The notes beneath the pieces are model-generated. The model did not search any database and had not been told where the DNA came from. It saw only the letters and a list, made by a program, of their open reading frames with translations. A stretch of 64,000 nucleotides of DNA, taken from IMG/VR virus record IMGVR_UViG_3300036770_005357, one strand, 5' to 3'. Both the position numbers and the translations under genes were made by a program. How positions within the stretch are numbered: position 1 is the stretch's first letter; each line of letters starts with the position of its first letter. Below, piece after piece: positions 1-10,948 of the stretch. The stretch comes from a virus (taxonomy: Duplodnaviria > Caudoviricetes).

Positions 1-3000
1 TTGTATTTTGGTAGAGTGCTTGATTTCCAAATGCACTATTTCTATTTCCAGTTGTATTACTTGCTAAAGCATAATTACCGAAAGCATTATTATTATTTGT
101 TATGTTATTATAAAGCGCTTTATAACCAAATGAATTATTAGCACTTCCACTTATATTTTTAAATCCAGACAGTCTTCCAAAACCATTATTACTTGATCCT
201 AATACATTACTTGCAAGTGCTAAATGACCAAAAGCACTATTAATATTACCCGTTATATTAGCAATTAAACTACCATATCCAAACGCACTGTTTCTGGTTC
301 CAATTGTATTGTTCTTTAATGCTAGATGACCAAACGCTGAATTTATACCAGTTGTATTACTTGCTAATGCTCTATAACCGAAAGCATTATTATTATTTGT
401 AGTATTATTCTTTAATGCTTCATAACCAAATGCACTGTTAAAATTACCGACTAAATTTGCTCTTAAAGCGTTTGTACCAAATGCACTATTTCTTGTACCA
501 CTTGTATTAAATATAGAAGCGTAATGACCAAATGCATTGTTGTCAACACCTGTTGTATTATTAAGAAGAGCACTGTTACCAAATGCATTGTTTCTTACAC
601 CTGTTGTATTAACTTTTAATGATTGATAACCAAAAGCACTGTTAAAATTACCTATTGTATTACTTGCTAATGCTTGATGACCAAATGCACTGTTTTTATA
701 ACCAGTTGTATTGCTTGCTAGAGCAAAGTAACCGAAAGCATTGTTATTGTTAGTGGTATTTGCTCTGAGAGCATACATACCAAATGCATTATTATTATTT
801 CCAGCAGTATTTAATCTGAGAGCAGATAAGCCTATTGAATTATTATTATTACCCGTTAAATTATCAAATTGTGATGCTCCACCTATAGCAATATTATATA
901 ATCCGGATGTGTGTTTATTTAAAGCATAAGCACCGAAAGCAGTATTATACCTACCAGTCGTGTTACTTGCTAACGCTCTGTGACCAAATGCACTATTATT
1001 ATCTCCGGTTATATTATTTTGTAATGCTTGATGACCAAATGCACTATTAGCAGTACCAGTTGTATTGCTTGCTAATGCTCTATAACCAAATGCGTTATTA
1101 TTGTTTGTGGTGTTATTATATAATGCTTGATGACCAAACGCATTATTTCTTACACCGATTTGATTACTTGTTAATGCTAAGTGACCGAACGCATTATTTT
1201 GTGTACCTGTAGTATTACTACCTAAAGCTTTATAACCAAATGCGTTATTGTTATCACCCGTTGTATTTACAACAAGACTCAACTCGCCGAATGCGTTGTT
1301 TCTAGAACCAATCGTGTTATCTCTTAAAGCAGCTAAACCAAAAGCATTGTTTCTTACACCCGCCGTATTATTTGTTAAAGCGGCATAACCAAATGCACTA
1401 TTTCGGGTACCGATTGTATTGTCTTGTAACGCATAATTACCAAATGCTGTATTATATCTACCACTTGTATTACTTGCTAATGCAAAACTACCAAATGCAC
1501 TATTATTTGCAGCTGTATTAGTATAGAGTGCTTTATAACCGAAAGCACTGTTACTACTGCTTATTGTATTCGCGTTAAGTGCTCTATGTCCAAATGCACT
1601 ATTTCTTTGACCGGTAGTATTATTTTTTAACGCGTAGTAACCGAATGCGTTATTATTGCTTGTAGTATTGTTATATAAAGCAGCGGTACCAACAGCATTA
1701 TTATTATTACCTACAGTATTATTTTGTAAAGCCGATCTACCTATTGCAATATTATTACGACCAGTTGTATTAAATCTTAAAGCAGCTACGCCAAATGCAT
1801 TATTTTGATAACCAAATGTGTTGCTTGCTAATGCTAATATACCAAATGCATTGTTATTATTACCAGTAGTATTGCTTATTAAAGCTTTATAACCAAAAGC
1901 ACTATTACCAGCACCAGTCGTATTATTTTGTAATGTTAAATGACCAAAGGCACTGTTTTGTACACCAGTAGTATTGCTTGCTAGAGCATAACTACCAAAT
2001 GCATTGTTAGCATTTGTCGTATTACTACTTAAAGCACTTCTACCAAATGCGTTATTATTACTACCAATTGTATTATCTGTTAAAGCTCTTCTGCCAAATC
2101 CATTGTTATTTATACCGGAAATATTATCTCTCAAAGCCCAATCACCAAAAGCATTGTTGCTGTCACCAATTGTATTGTTTTGTAAAGCACCATTACCAAA
2201 TCCGTTGTTTAGTATACCAGTAGTATTATTTTGTAAAACACCATTACCAAATGCATTGTTGTTTCTTCCGATCGTATTATTTCTTAATGCGGCATAACCA
2301 AATGCATTGTTTTGTGTACCGGTTGTATTTGATCTTAAAGCAAATGCACCGAATGCACTATTTCCTCCCGCTATATTCGTATATAGTGCTCCATAACCGA
2401 ATGCACTGTTACTACTGCTTATTGTATTAGCTTGTAATGCTCTATGACCAAAAGCGCTGTTACGATATCCTGTTGTATTACTTCTCAAAGCATAAGCACC
2501 AAACGCATTATTATTATTCGTAGTATTATTTTGTAAAGCTACATTACCAAATGCGTTGTTATTGTTACCTATACTATTACTATTTAAAGCACCATTGCCA
2601 AATGCATTATTATATTGACCACTTGTATTATTTGTTAAAGCTTGTGTACCAAACGCGTTATTTCTTGTACCCGTTGTATTATTTACTAAAGCTCTATCAC
2701 CAAAAGCATTATTTCTAACACCGATTGTATTACTTGCTAGAGATTGATAACCAAATGCACTATTTTGTACACCGGTTGTATTATTTTGTAATGCTTGATG
2801 ACCAAAAGCACTATTAGCAGTACCAGTTGTATTGCTTGCTAAAGCATAAAATCCGAAAGCATTATTATTGTTTGTGGTATTTGCTTGTAAAGCATTTCTA
2901 CCAAAAGCATTGTTACTACCACCGGTTTGATTTGATGCTAATGCTAATGTACCAAAAGCATTATTATTAGCAGCGTCAACAATATTATGACCGGCTCTAT

Positions 3001-6000
3001 AACCAAATGCATTGTTATTGTTACCAATAGTAACACTATATAATGTTCTATAACCAAATCCACTGTTATTTACACCGGTTGTATTAAATCTTAATGTATT
3101 TACACCAAACGCATTATTTCTCGCACCTATCGTATTACTTTGTAATGCATTTATTCCGAAAGCATTATTATTACTACCTACAGTATTTTTATACAGTGCA
3201 TAATGACCGAACGCTGCATTTTGTACACCACTTGTACTATTTCTAAGTGCTGAATTACCAAATGCGTTATTGACTATACCCGTGGTATTACTTGCTAAAG
3301 CTAAATAACCGAAAGCATTATTTCCAAAACCAATTGTATTGTTTTGCAATGCTTTATGACCGAAAGCACTATTAACATTACCAGTTGTATTACTTGCTAA
3401 TGACAAGTGACCGAAAGCACTGTTACCATGACCTGTTGTATTATTTGTTAATGACTTATAACCAAAAGCATTATTGTTGTTGGTTGTATTAGCTACTAAA
3501 GCATAAAATCCAAAGGCATTGTTATTATTACCCGATACATTATTTACTAAAGTTTGTGAACCAACTGCTGTGTTGCCATTACCAACTGTATTTGTTACCA
3601 AAGCGAAATTGCCTAGAGCTGTATTTTTTATACCAATGGTATTTGCATATAAAGCTCCTCGTCCAAATGCGATATTGTTGTTACCCGATGTATTTAGTCT
3701 TAAAGCATGACTTCCAAATGCACTGTTCCAATATCCGGTTGTATTAAGTTGTAATGCTAAATATCCAAATGCAGCATTTTCATATCCGGTTATATTATTT
3801 GCTAATGCTAAACTACCAAATGCACTGTTACTATATCCTCTATTTGTATAAAGTGCTAAATAACCGAAAGCACTGTTACTGCCACTGATTGTATTTGCAT
3901 TAAGTGCTCTGTGACCAAATGCACTATTTTTAGTTCCGGTTGTATTGCTTCGGAGAGCCATATAACCAAACGCGTTATTATTACTCGTTGTATTATTATA
4001 TAATGCTTGAAAGCCTACAGCGTTATTATTATTACCAATTGTATTATTAGTTAAAGCACTTCTTCCTACAGCAACATTTCTAATACCACTTGTATTAAAT
4101 ACTAAAGCGTTTGTACCTAATGCTGTATTATTTGTTCCCGTTGAATTTTGTTGTAATGCTTGAAGACCTACAGCAACATTATAATTACCGAATGTATTAA
4201 ACATTAAAGCCGCTTGACCAAATGCACTGTTAAAATTACCGGTAGTATTACTAGCTAAAGCTATGTCACCGAATGCACTGTTTTGTTTACCTCTATTTGT
4301 ATATAGTGCTTTATAACCAAATGCACTGTTACTGCTACTAATTGTATTAGCTTGTAACGCTCTATGACCAAATGCACTGTTTCTATGTCCGGTTGTGTTA
4401 CTTGCTAATGCAAAATTACCGAAAGCGTTATTACCACTTGTTGTATTATTTAAAAGAGTTTGATAACCGAATGCATTATTATTGTCACCAACTAAATTAT
4501 TATTTAGAGATTGCATTCCAAATGCATTATTTAATACACCGGTTGTGTTACTAAATAATGCATTTAATCCTACAGCAGTATTTCGCCCTCCGGTTGTATT
4601 GTTAAATAAAGCTGCACTTCCTATTGCTACATTATATTTGCCGAATGTATTTTTATATAAAGTAGTGCTCCCAAATGCGACATTAGCTCTGCCTGTAGTA
4701 TTATTTTTTAACGATTGATTGCCGAATGCGCTATTAGAATCTCCTTTGTTCGTATAAAGTGATTTATAACCGAAAGCGCTATTACTACCACTGATAGTAT
4801 TTGCTCTTAATGCTTGATGACCGAAAGCACTGTTTTGTGCACCAGTTGTATTGCTTGCTAAAGCCAAATAGCCAAAAGCATTATTGTTACTAGTTGAATT
4901 ATTTCTTAAAGCATAAAAACCGAATGCATTATTTCTATTAACAGGCGTACCCAATCCTAAAGCACCAACACCAACAGAAACATTGTTAATACCTGATGTA
5001 TTAGAATATAAAGAACCTACACCAACAGCTGTATTTGACGCTCCTGTAGTATTTTTATTTAAAGCATTATTACCAAACGCACTATTATTTGTACCAATCG
5101 TATTAAACATTAACGATTTATAACCAAACGCACTATTACCACCACCTGTTGTATTTTTATTTAAAGCATAATAACCAAATGCATTATTATTATTACCTAT
5201 TGTATTATTATTTAAAGCGCCGTATCCAAATGCATTATTTTTATAACCCGAAATATTACTTGTAAGAGCTAAATTACCAAATGCATTGTTATAATTACCA
5301 CTTGTATTATTCTTCAGTGATTGATTACCGAAAGCATTGTTAGATATACCAGTTGTATTGCTTGCTAGAGCAAGATAACCGAATGCACTGTTAAAATTAC
5401 CTATTGTATTATTCTTCAATGCTTGAAGACCAAATGCACTATTAGCTACACCTGTTGTATTACTTGCTAAAGCATAACTACCAAAAGCACTATTATTATT
5501 TGTAAGATTATTATACAAAGCATAAATACCGAATGCGTTATTACGAAACCCCGATACATTTTTAGTTAATGATTTTGCACCAAATGCTGTATTTGAACCG
5601 CCTGTACGATTGAGTCTTAATGCGAAATAACCGAATCCGCTATTGAAAGTACCACTTGTATTTTGATATAATGTTTGATGGCCAAATGCAGAATTAACTG
5701 CGCCTGTTGTATTACTTGCTAGTGCTAAATAACCGAAAGCATTATTACTGTCACCTGTGTGTTTACTTAAAGCGTAAAATCCAAATGCATTGTTTCTATT
5801 ACCAATTAAATTATATTGTAAAGCATTTCCACCAAATGCATTATTTCTAACGCCACTCGTATTTCTTCTTAAAGCACCAACGCCAAATGCACTATTAACA
5901 TTACCAGTTGTATTGCTTGCTAAAGCTATATAACCAAAAGCGCTATTACCTTGACCAATCGTATTATTTAGTAATGTTTTGTGGCCAAATGCACTGTTGC

Positions 6001-6847
6001 TTATTCCAGTTGTATTGCTTGCTAACGCTAGATAACCGAAAGCATTATTAGCATTTGTAGTGTTGTTTAGTAAAGCACCGTGCCCAAATGCGTTGTTATT
6101 ATTACCTCCTAAATTAGCTTGTAATGTATCAACTCCGAATGCGTTATTGTTTACTCCAGTTACATTTACTTTTAATGCATAAGCACCGAAAGCGTTGTTA
6201 AAATTTGCATTGGAACTTGCTAATGCTGCGGATCCAAATGCTGAATTTAAAATACCAGATGTATTTGTTATCAAACTTTGATGTCCCACAGCAGTATTTG
6301 CATAACCTGTAGTATTACCACTTAATGCTTGTCTACCAACTGCGGTATTTGCATAACCTGTAGTATTGTTATACATTGCATAACTACCGAAAGCACTATT
6401 ACTATTACCAGTTGTATTGTTGTATAGAGTGCCTCTACCAAATGCTGTATTTAATGTACCACCTGTATTAAAATTTAAAGCACCAGCGCCTACAGCAGTA
6501 TTGCTTATTACAACACCACCACCTCTACCAACTCCTATACCTTGAATTACAGCAGATTGACTTACATATAAATTTCCTTGTACTGATAATTTAGAACCGG
6601 GACTTGTTGTACCTATGCCGATATTACCACCGGTTTCATACATTACGCTATTGCCAATAGAATTGGCAGCCGTAAACTTAGGAATATAATTTGTTGTACC
6701 CGCTATATTTGTGGTTACTATACTACCACTGAAGCTTCCCGTAAAACTTTTCGCTTCTACACTGTTCTCAAACCTTACAAAGCTACTGCTTACAGTGATA
6801 TTACCGCTGCTTGTTATAAAGCTATTTTTTATTTGAATTTTAGCCAT
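1..6847 (-). CDS. Giant fibre/adhesin-like protein with ~17-aa N-x-A-F-G-x-x-A-L-x-x-N-T-T-G repeats (3'-partial, >2,280 aa)
   Basis: ATG at 6847 (MAKIQIKNSF...). The frame reads as repeats wherever I translated it and is in phase with the codons at the left edge (...NQALYQNT). Missing from the ORF track, presumably because it has no stop in the window. Contains GTTNYIPKFT and GNIGIGTTSP fibre motifs before the repeats. Confidence 0.88.
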   Translation of the reverse strand, partial: MAKIQIKNSFITSSGNITVSSSFVRFENSVEAKSFTGSFSGSIVTTNIAGTTNYIPKFTAANSIGNSVMYETGGNIGIGTTSPGSKLSVQGNLYVSQSAVIQGIGVGRGGGVVISNTAVGAGALNFNTGGTLNTAFGRGTLYNNTTGNSNSAFGSYAMYNNTTGYANTAVGRQALSGNTTGYANTAVGHQSLITNTSGILNSAFGSAALASSNANFNNAFGAYALKVNVTGVNNNAFGVDTLQANLGGNNNNAFGHGALLNNTTNANNAFGYLALASNTTGISNSAFGHKTLLNNTIGQGNSAFGYIALASNTTGNVNSAFGVGALRRNTSGVRNNAFGGNALQYNLIGNRNNAFGFYALSKHTGDSNNAFGYLALASNTTGAVNSAFGHQTLYQNTSGTFNSGFGYFALRLNRTGGSNTAFGAKSLTKNVSGFRNNAFGIYALYNNLTNNNSAFGSYALASNTTGVANSAFGLQALKNNTIGNFNSAFGYLALASNTTGISNNAFGNQSLKNNTSGNYNNAFGNLALTSNISGYKNNAFGYGALNNNTIGNNNNAFGYYALNKNTTGGGNSAFGYKSLMFNTIGTNNSAFGNNALNKNTTGASNTAVGVGSLYSNTSGINNVSVGVGALGLGTPVNRNNAFGFYALRNNSTSNNNAFGYLALASNTTGAQNSAFGHQALRANTISGSNSAFGYKSLYTNKGDSNSAFGNQSLKNNTTGRANVAFGSTTLYKNTFGKYNVAIGSAALFNNTTGGRNTAVGLNALFSNTTGVLNNAFGMQSLNNNLVGDNNNAFGYQTLLNNTTSGNNAFGNFALASNTTGHRNSAFGHRALQANTISSSNSAFGYKALYTNRGKQNSAFGDIALASNTTGNFNSAFGQAALMFNTFGNYNVAVGLQALQQNSTGTNNTALGTNALVFNTSGIRNVAVGRSALTNNTIGNNNNAVGFQALYNNTTSNNNAFGYMALRSNTTGTKNSAFGHRALNANTISGSNSAFGYLALYTNRGYSNSAFGSLALANNITGYENAAFGYLALQLNTTGYWNSAFGSHALRLNTSGNNNIAFGRGALYANTIGIKNTALGNFALVTNTVGNGNTAVGSQTLVNNVSGNNNNAFGFYALVANTTNNNNAFGYKSLTNNTTGHGNSAFGHLSLASNTTGNVNSAFGHKALQNNTIGFGNNAFGYLALASNTTGIVNNAFGNSALRNSTSGVQNAAFGHYALYKNTVGSNNNAFGINALQSNTIGARNNAFGVNTLRFNTTGVNNSGFGYRTLYSVTIGNNNNAFGYRAGHNIVDAANNNAFGTLALASNQTGGSNNAFGRNALQANTTNNNNAFGFYALASNTTGTANSAFGHQALQNNTTGVQNSAFGYQSLASNTIGVRNNAFGDRALVNNTTGTRNNAFGTQALTNNTSGQYNNAFGNGALNSNSIGNNNNAFGNVALQNNTTNNNNAFGAYALRSNTTGYRNSAFGHRALQANTISSSNSAFGYGALYTNIAGGNSAFGAFALRSNTTGTQNNAFGYAALRNNTIGRNNNAFGNGVLQNNTTGILNNGFGNGALQNNTIGDSNNAFGDWALRDNISGINNNGFGRRALTDNTIGSNNNAFGRSALSSNTTNANNAFGSYALASNTTGVQNSAFGHLTLQNNTTGAGNSAFGYKALISNTTGNNNNAFGILALASNTFGYQNNAFGVAALRFNTTGRNNIAIGRSALQNNTVGNNNNAVGTAALYNNTTSNNNAFGYYALKNNTTGQRNSAFGHRALNANTISSSNSAFGYKALYTNTAANNSAFGSFALASNTSGRYNTAFGNYALQDNTIGTRNSAFGYAALTNNTAGVRNNAFGLAALRDNTIGSRNNAFGELSLVVNTTGDNNNAFGYKALGSNTTGTQNNAFGHLALTSNQIGVRNNAFGHQALYNNTTNNNNAFGYRALASNTTGTANSAFGHQALQNNITGDNNSAFGHRALASNTTGRYNTAFGAYALNKHTSGLYNIAIGGASQFDNLTGNNNNSIGLSALRLNTAGNNNNAFGMYALRANTTNNNNAFGYFALASNTTGYKNSAFGHQALASNTIGNFNSAFGYQSLKVNTTGVRNNAFGNSALLNNTTGVDNNAFGHYASIFNTSGTRNSAFGTNALRANLVGNFNSAFGYEALKNNTTNNNNAFGYRALASNTTGINSAFGHLALKNNTIGTRNSAFGYGSLIANITGNINSAFGHLALASNVLGSSNNGFGRLSGFKNISGSANNSFGYKALYNNITNNNNAFGNYALASNTTGNRNSAFGNQALYQNT

Positions 6848-6872
6848 AAATGTAGTCAATTATAAATATTAA

Positions 6873-9800
6873 CTACATTTTTCTTATCATCGCTTTTATA
6901 ATATAACTTTCACCTTCACCAGCTTCCAACGCTTGAGCTATAACTTTACCAAATAAATCCTTCTTGAATATAGATCCTCGTTTTACAGCCTTACCATGAC
7001 CCTTTTTCTTGCTGGTAACTATATAATCACCTATTTCTACCTTGCCAGTTACTAATATAGGTTCAGCACCCAATACGATAGGTTCATCTCTACCATTTTT
7101 AGCTACACCCATTACCAATTCATCTTCATCAATTTCACAAGGCGCACATCCATTGTACTTCCATACAACAATTGTACCGGTAGCCAATTGAGCTAAATCT
7201 CTAGTTCTTAAATTAGCTTCTAATATACCACCTACAGTGGTTTGTACGACATATATATCACTAAATCTATTGCTTGGACCACCTAAAGCATATACACCAT
7301 CACCTACAGGAGCAATACTACCACTTACTTGTAATCTAAATGATGGACTTGTTGTACCTATACCAACATTACCGTTACTATCAACATTAACTCTTCTATT
7401 ACCTTGACCGTCGGCAAGTATGATGTTGTTAGCTAATGTTGCACTTAAACTTGTTACATTCGCACCGAGAATTGTATTATAATTACCCGTGGTAATTCCT
7501 CTACCTGTATTAAATCCGAGTATTGTATTTGTTCTACCAGTTGTTACATCATAACCAGATGATTGACCTACCGCGGTATTTTCCAAACCAGTTGTAGTAC
7601 TTCTTAATGAATAAGCACCAAATGAACTGTTGTCAGCACCTGTAGTTTGACTAAACAAAGCTTCTCTACCGAAAGCACTATTTTTTGAACCTATTGTATT
7701 GTTTTGTAAAGTGGTATGACCGAAAGCACTATTATTTGTTCCGGTTGTATTGCTTGCTAATGCTAAATAACCAAATGAATTGTTATTGTTTGTGGTGTTA
7801 TTATACAGAGCTTTTAATCCAAAAGCGTTGTTATTACTACCTATTGTGTTAAGCTGTAATGTTTGATGACCGAATGCGGCGTTATTTACACCCGATGTAT
7901 TACTTCTTAAAGCATAATAACCGAAAGCATTATTATTTGCACCGGTAGTATTATTTCTTAAAACACTTGAACCAAATGCATTGTTTTTAGCACCCGTACT
8001 ATTTGTATACAATGCTCTAAAACCAAATGCATTATTATTTCCACCTGTAGCTGCGCCTAGAGCAGAACCTCTTAAAGCTTCTGTACCAAATGCGTTGTTA
8101 GCTGCACCCGCTGTATTATTATACAGTGTTCTAAATCCGAAAGCATTATTTGAACCCGCGTTGATATTTTTCAAAGATCCATAACCAAATGCGCAAATAT
8201 TGTTAACACTTCCTGATTGATACATCGCAAATGCACCAAAAGCACTATTATTGAGTCCACCGCTTCTTCTTTGAAACGCTCTGTAACCAAATGCACTGTT
8301 ACCATAACCGGTTGTATTACTTGCTAATGCAACATGTCCAAATGCACTGTTTCTAAACCCGGTTGTATTACTTGCTAGTGTTTGATGACCAAATGCACTG
8401 TTATTTACGCCGGTTGTATTAGCAGTTAAAGATTGATATCCGAAAGCATTGTTGTTATTTGTAGTATTATTTCTCAAAGCATTTCTACCGAATGCGTTGT
8501 TGTTACTACCGATTAAATTTTCGGTTAAAGCTGCAGATCCAAAAGCTGTATTTAAAGTACCGGAAGTATTTTTGCTTAATGCATATGCGCCAAAAGCGCT
8601 ATTTCTTATACCCGTTGTATTGCTTATTAATGCATTATGACCAAATGCACTATTATAATTACCAAATGTATTATTATTTAATGCTCTATGACCAAATGCA
8701 CTATTAAATGTACCAGTTGTATTGTTCGCTAATGCCGAATAACCGAAAGCATTATTATTGTCTGTTGTATTATTATAGAGAGCTTTAAATCCAAATCCAT
8801 TATTATTGTTACCAATAGTATATGATAGTGCTCTGTAACCAAATGCATTATTATAATTACCATTACCACCCGTGGATAAAGCCTTATATCCAAAAACATT
8901 ATTGCCAGTACCACCACCGCCATATAACGCATAATTGCCAAATGCGTTATTTTTAATGTTACCAGCCCCACCTTTTATAGCACTAAATCCAAACGCATTA
9001 TTATGTTCGCCATTTTGATTGTTATTTAAAGTAAAATTACCAAATGCATTATTTTTTTGACCGGATGAATTATATTGTAAAGCATAATAACCAAATGCAT
9101 TATTATGATCGCTTTGATTGCTATACAAAGCACTTACACCAAATGCATTGTTGTTTAGGCCAATAAGATTTCTATTTAAAGCACTAAATCCAAAAGCACA
9201 ATTATTTCTACCACTAGTATTGCTGGCTAATGCTAAATCACCAAATGCACTGTTTTTATAACCAGTTGTATTATTTATAAATGCACTATTACCTACAACT
9301 GTATTAGTAACTATATCACCACCACCTCTACCGATTCTTACACCATCAATTATGCTAGTTGCACTGCTACCACTAACATGGAAAATTGCTGCTGGAGATG
9401 TAGTACCAATACCAATTCTACTACCACTTTCAAATATAGGCGTTACAGTATCACCTATAGTAGTACTACTTGTAAATTTAACAATTGTATTGGTTGTACC
9501 ACTTACAGCTACACTTGTACCACTCGTACCAGCACTGCCAGATGTACCTGAACTACCAGATGAACCGCTTGTACCTGATGATCCGGAAGATCCACTTGTA
9601 CCGCTGCTGCCAGATGTACCTGAACTTCCACTCGTACCTGATGATCCGGATGAACCACTTGTACCTGATGATCCGGAAGATCCGCTTGTACCAGATGAAC
9701 CACTTGTACCGCTGCTGCCAGATGTACCTGAACTTCCACTAGTACCCGACGATCCGGATGAACCACTCGTACCACTACTACCACTTGTACCACTCGTACC

Positions 9801-10871
9801 ACTACTACCACTTGTACCGCTGCTACCAGATGATCCATTTTCACCACTTGTTCCACTTGAACCAGATGTTCCGCTTGTACCGGAAGATCCAGATGAACCA
9901 CTGCTACCAGATGATCCACTGCTACCGGAACTACCACTTGTACCACTGCTGCCAGATGATCCATTTTCACCACTTGTTCCACTTGATCCGGATGTTCCAC
10001 TTGATCCGGAAGAACCACTACTTCCACTTGATCCGGATGTACCACTTGATCCACTACTACCACTAGTACCATTTTCACCACTGCTGCCTGATGTACCACT
10101 TGAACCACTAGAACCGGATGTTCCACTTGATCCGGAAGAACCACTACTTCCACTTGTACCACTTTCACCACTACTACCACTACTACCATTTTCACCCGAT
10201 GTACCGCTGGTACCATTACTACCTGTAACTTGTCTTAAACCACCTCTTGTGGCTAATGCGTATCCACTTATAGGACTTATGAATGTAAATCTTGCGTGGT
10301 TATTATCTAATAATGTGGTTGTAGATGGTAAGATATATTGATCTGAAGTATTGAATGCTTGTACAATTACTTCTTTTGCACCTAAACTATGTGTAAAGTT
10401 CCATACACTTTGATTTGTAAAACTTTGTACGATACTATTACCGAAATTGGTTGCGTAACTTGATGAATATGTGAATAGTGCCCAACTACTTGTTATAGGG
10501 TAAGTGCTACCCGTAGTGAGTGTTGTACCACCACTACTAGCATTTAATGCATAACTTGCTGTAAGTGCCCAACTACTTGTTATGGGATACAAGCTACCAG
10601 TATTTAATGTAGTTCCACCATTTAAAGCATATATAGCCCAACTCGCTGTAATTGGATATGTACTACCTGTATATAAGGTACCGCCTATTGTTCTTTTACC
10701 TACATTATTATTACCGTCCAGTGTTAAAAACTCTGTATTTGAAGAAACTGTGGGTATATTGGTTAATTTAACACGGGAAGATGTAACTCCCAACAATACA
10801 TTCAATGATCCGGATAAAAAAAGTGATCCTGTGACTGTTGGATTTAATATTTGCGGTGAGTCTATTTTCAT
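6873..10871 (-). CDS. Tail-fibre-like protein: Gly-Ser/Thr linker, ~36 17-aa solenoid repeats, C-terminal cap domain
   Basis: 1332-aa ORF with a GSSGTS tract, NxAFG repeats, GNVGIGTTSP and a C-terminal GDYIVTSKKKGHG domain. Confidence 0.85.
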   Translation of the reverse strand: MKIDSPQILNPTVTGSLFLSGSLNVLLGVTSSRVKLTNIPTVSSNTEFLTLDGNNNVGKRTIGGTLYTGSTYPITASWAIYALNGGTTLNTGSLYPITSSWALTASYALNASSGGTTLTTGSTYPITSSWALFTYSSSYATNFGNSIVQSFTNQSVWNFTHSLGAKEVIVQAFNTSDQYILPSTTTLLDNNHARFTFISPISGYALATRGGLRQVTGSNGTSGTSGENGSSGSSGESGTSGSSGSSGSSGTSGSSGSSGTSGSSGENGTSGSSGSSGTSGSSGSSGSSGSSGTSGSSGTSGENGSSGSSGTSGSSGSSGSSGSSGSSGSSGTSGTSGSSGTSGENGSSGSSGTSGSSGTSGTSGSSGTSGSSGSSGTSGSSGTSGSSGTSGSSGTSGSSGSSGTSGSSGSSGTSGSSGTSGSSGTSGSSGSSGTSGSSGSSGTSGSAGTSGTSVAVSGTTNTIVKFTSSTTIGDTVTPIFESGSRIGIGTTSPAAIFHVSGSSATSIIDGVRIGRGGGDIVTNTVVGNSAFINNTTGYKNSAFGDLALASNTSGRNNCAFGFSALNRNLIGLNNNAFGVSALYSNQSDHNNAFGYYALQYNSSGQKNNAFGNFTLNNNQNGEHNNAFGFSAIKGGAGNIKNNAFGNYALYGGGGTGNNVFGYKALSTGGNGNYNNAFGYRALSYTIGNNNNGFGFKALYNNTTDNNNAFGYSALANNTTGTFNSAFGHRALNNNTFGNYNSAFGHNALISNTTGIRNSAFGAYALSKNTSGTLNTAFGSAALTENLIGSNNNAFGRNALRNNTTNNNNAFGYQSLTANTTGVNNSAFGHQTLASNTTGFRNSAFGHVALASNTTGYGNSAFGYRAFQRRSGGLNNSAFGAFAMYQSGSVNNICAFGYGSLKNINAGSNNAFGFRTLYNNTAGAANNAFGTEALRGSALGAATGGNNNAFGFRALYTNSTGAKNNAFGSSVLRNNTTGANNNAFGYYALRSNTSGVNNAAFGHQTLQLNTIGSNNNAFGLKALYNNTTNNNNSFGYLALASNTTGTNNSAFGHTTLQNNTIGSKNSAFGREALFSQTTGADNSSFGAYSLRSTTTGLENTAVGQSSGYDVTTGRTNTILGFNTGRGITTGNYNTILGANVTSLSATLANNIILADGQGNRRVNVDSNGNVGIGTTSPSFRLQVSGSIAPVGDGVYALGGPSNRFSDIYVVQTTVGGILEANLRTRDLAQLATGTIVVWKYNGCAPCEIDEDELVMGVAKNGRDEPIVLGAEPILVTGKVEIGDYIVTSKKKGHGKAVKRGSIFKKDLFGKVIAQALEAGEGESYIIKAMIRKM

Positions 10872-10948
10872 CTGTTATATAAATAGTAACTATAAATATT
10901 CAATAACCAATCTTATTATTGATATTCTTTATAACAATTCATTTATTA

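Noticed and set aside
741-8971. Short plus-strand and off-frame ORFs over the 17-aa repeat genes
   Set aside because: Antisense or frame shadows of the repetitive minus-strand fibre genes (LLL/PNA periodicity).
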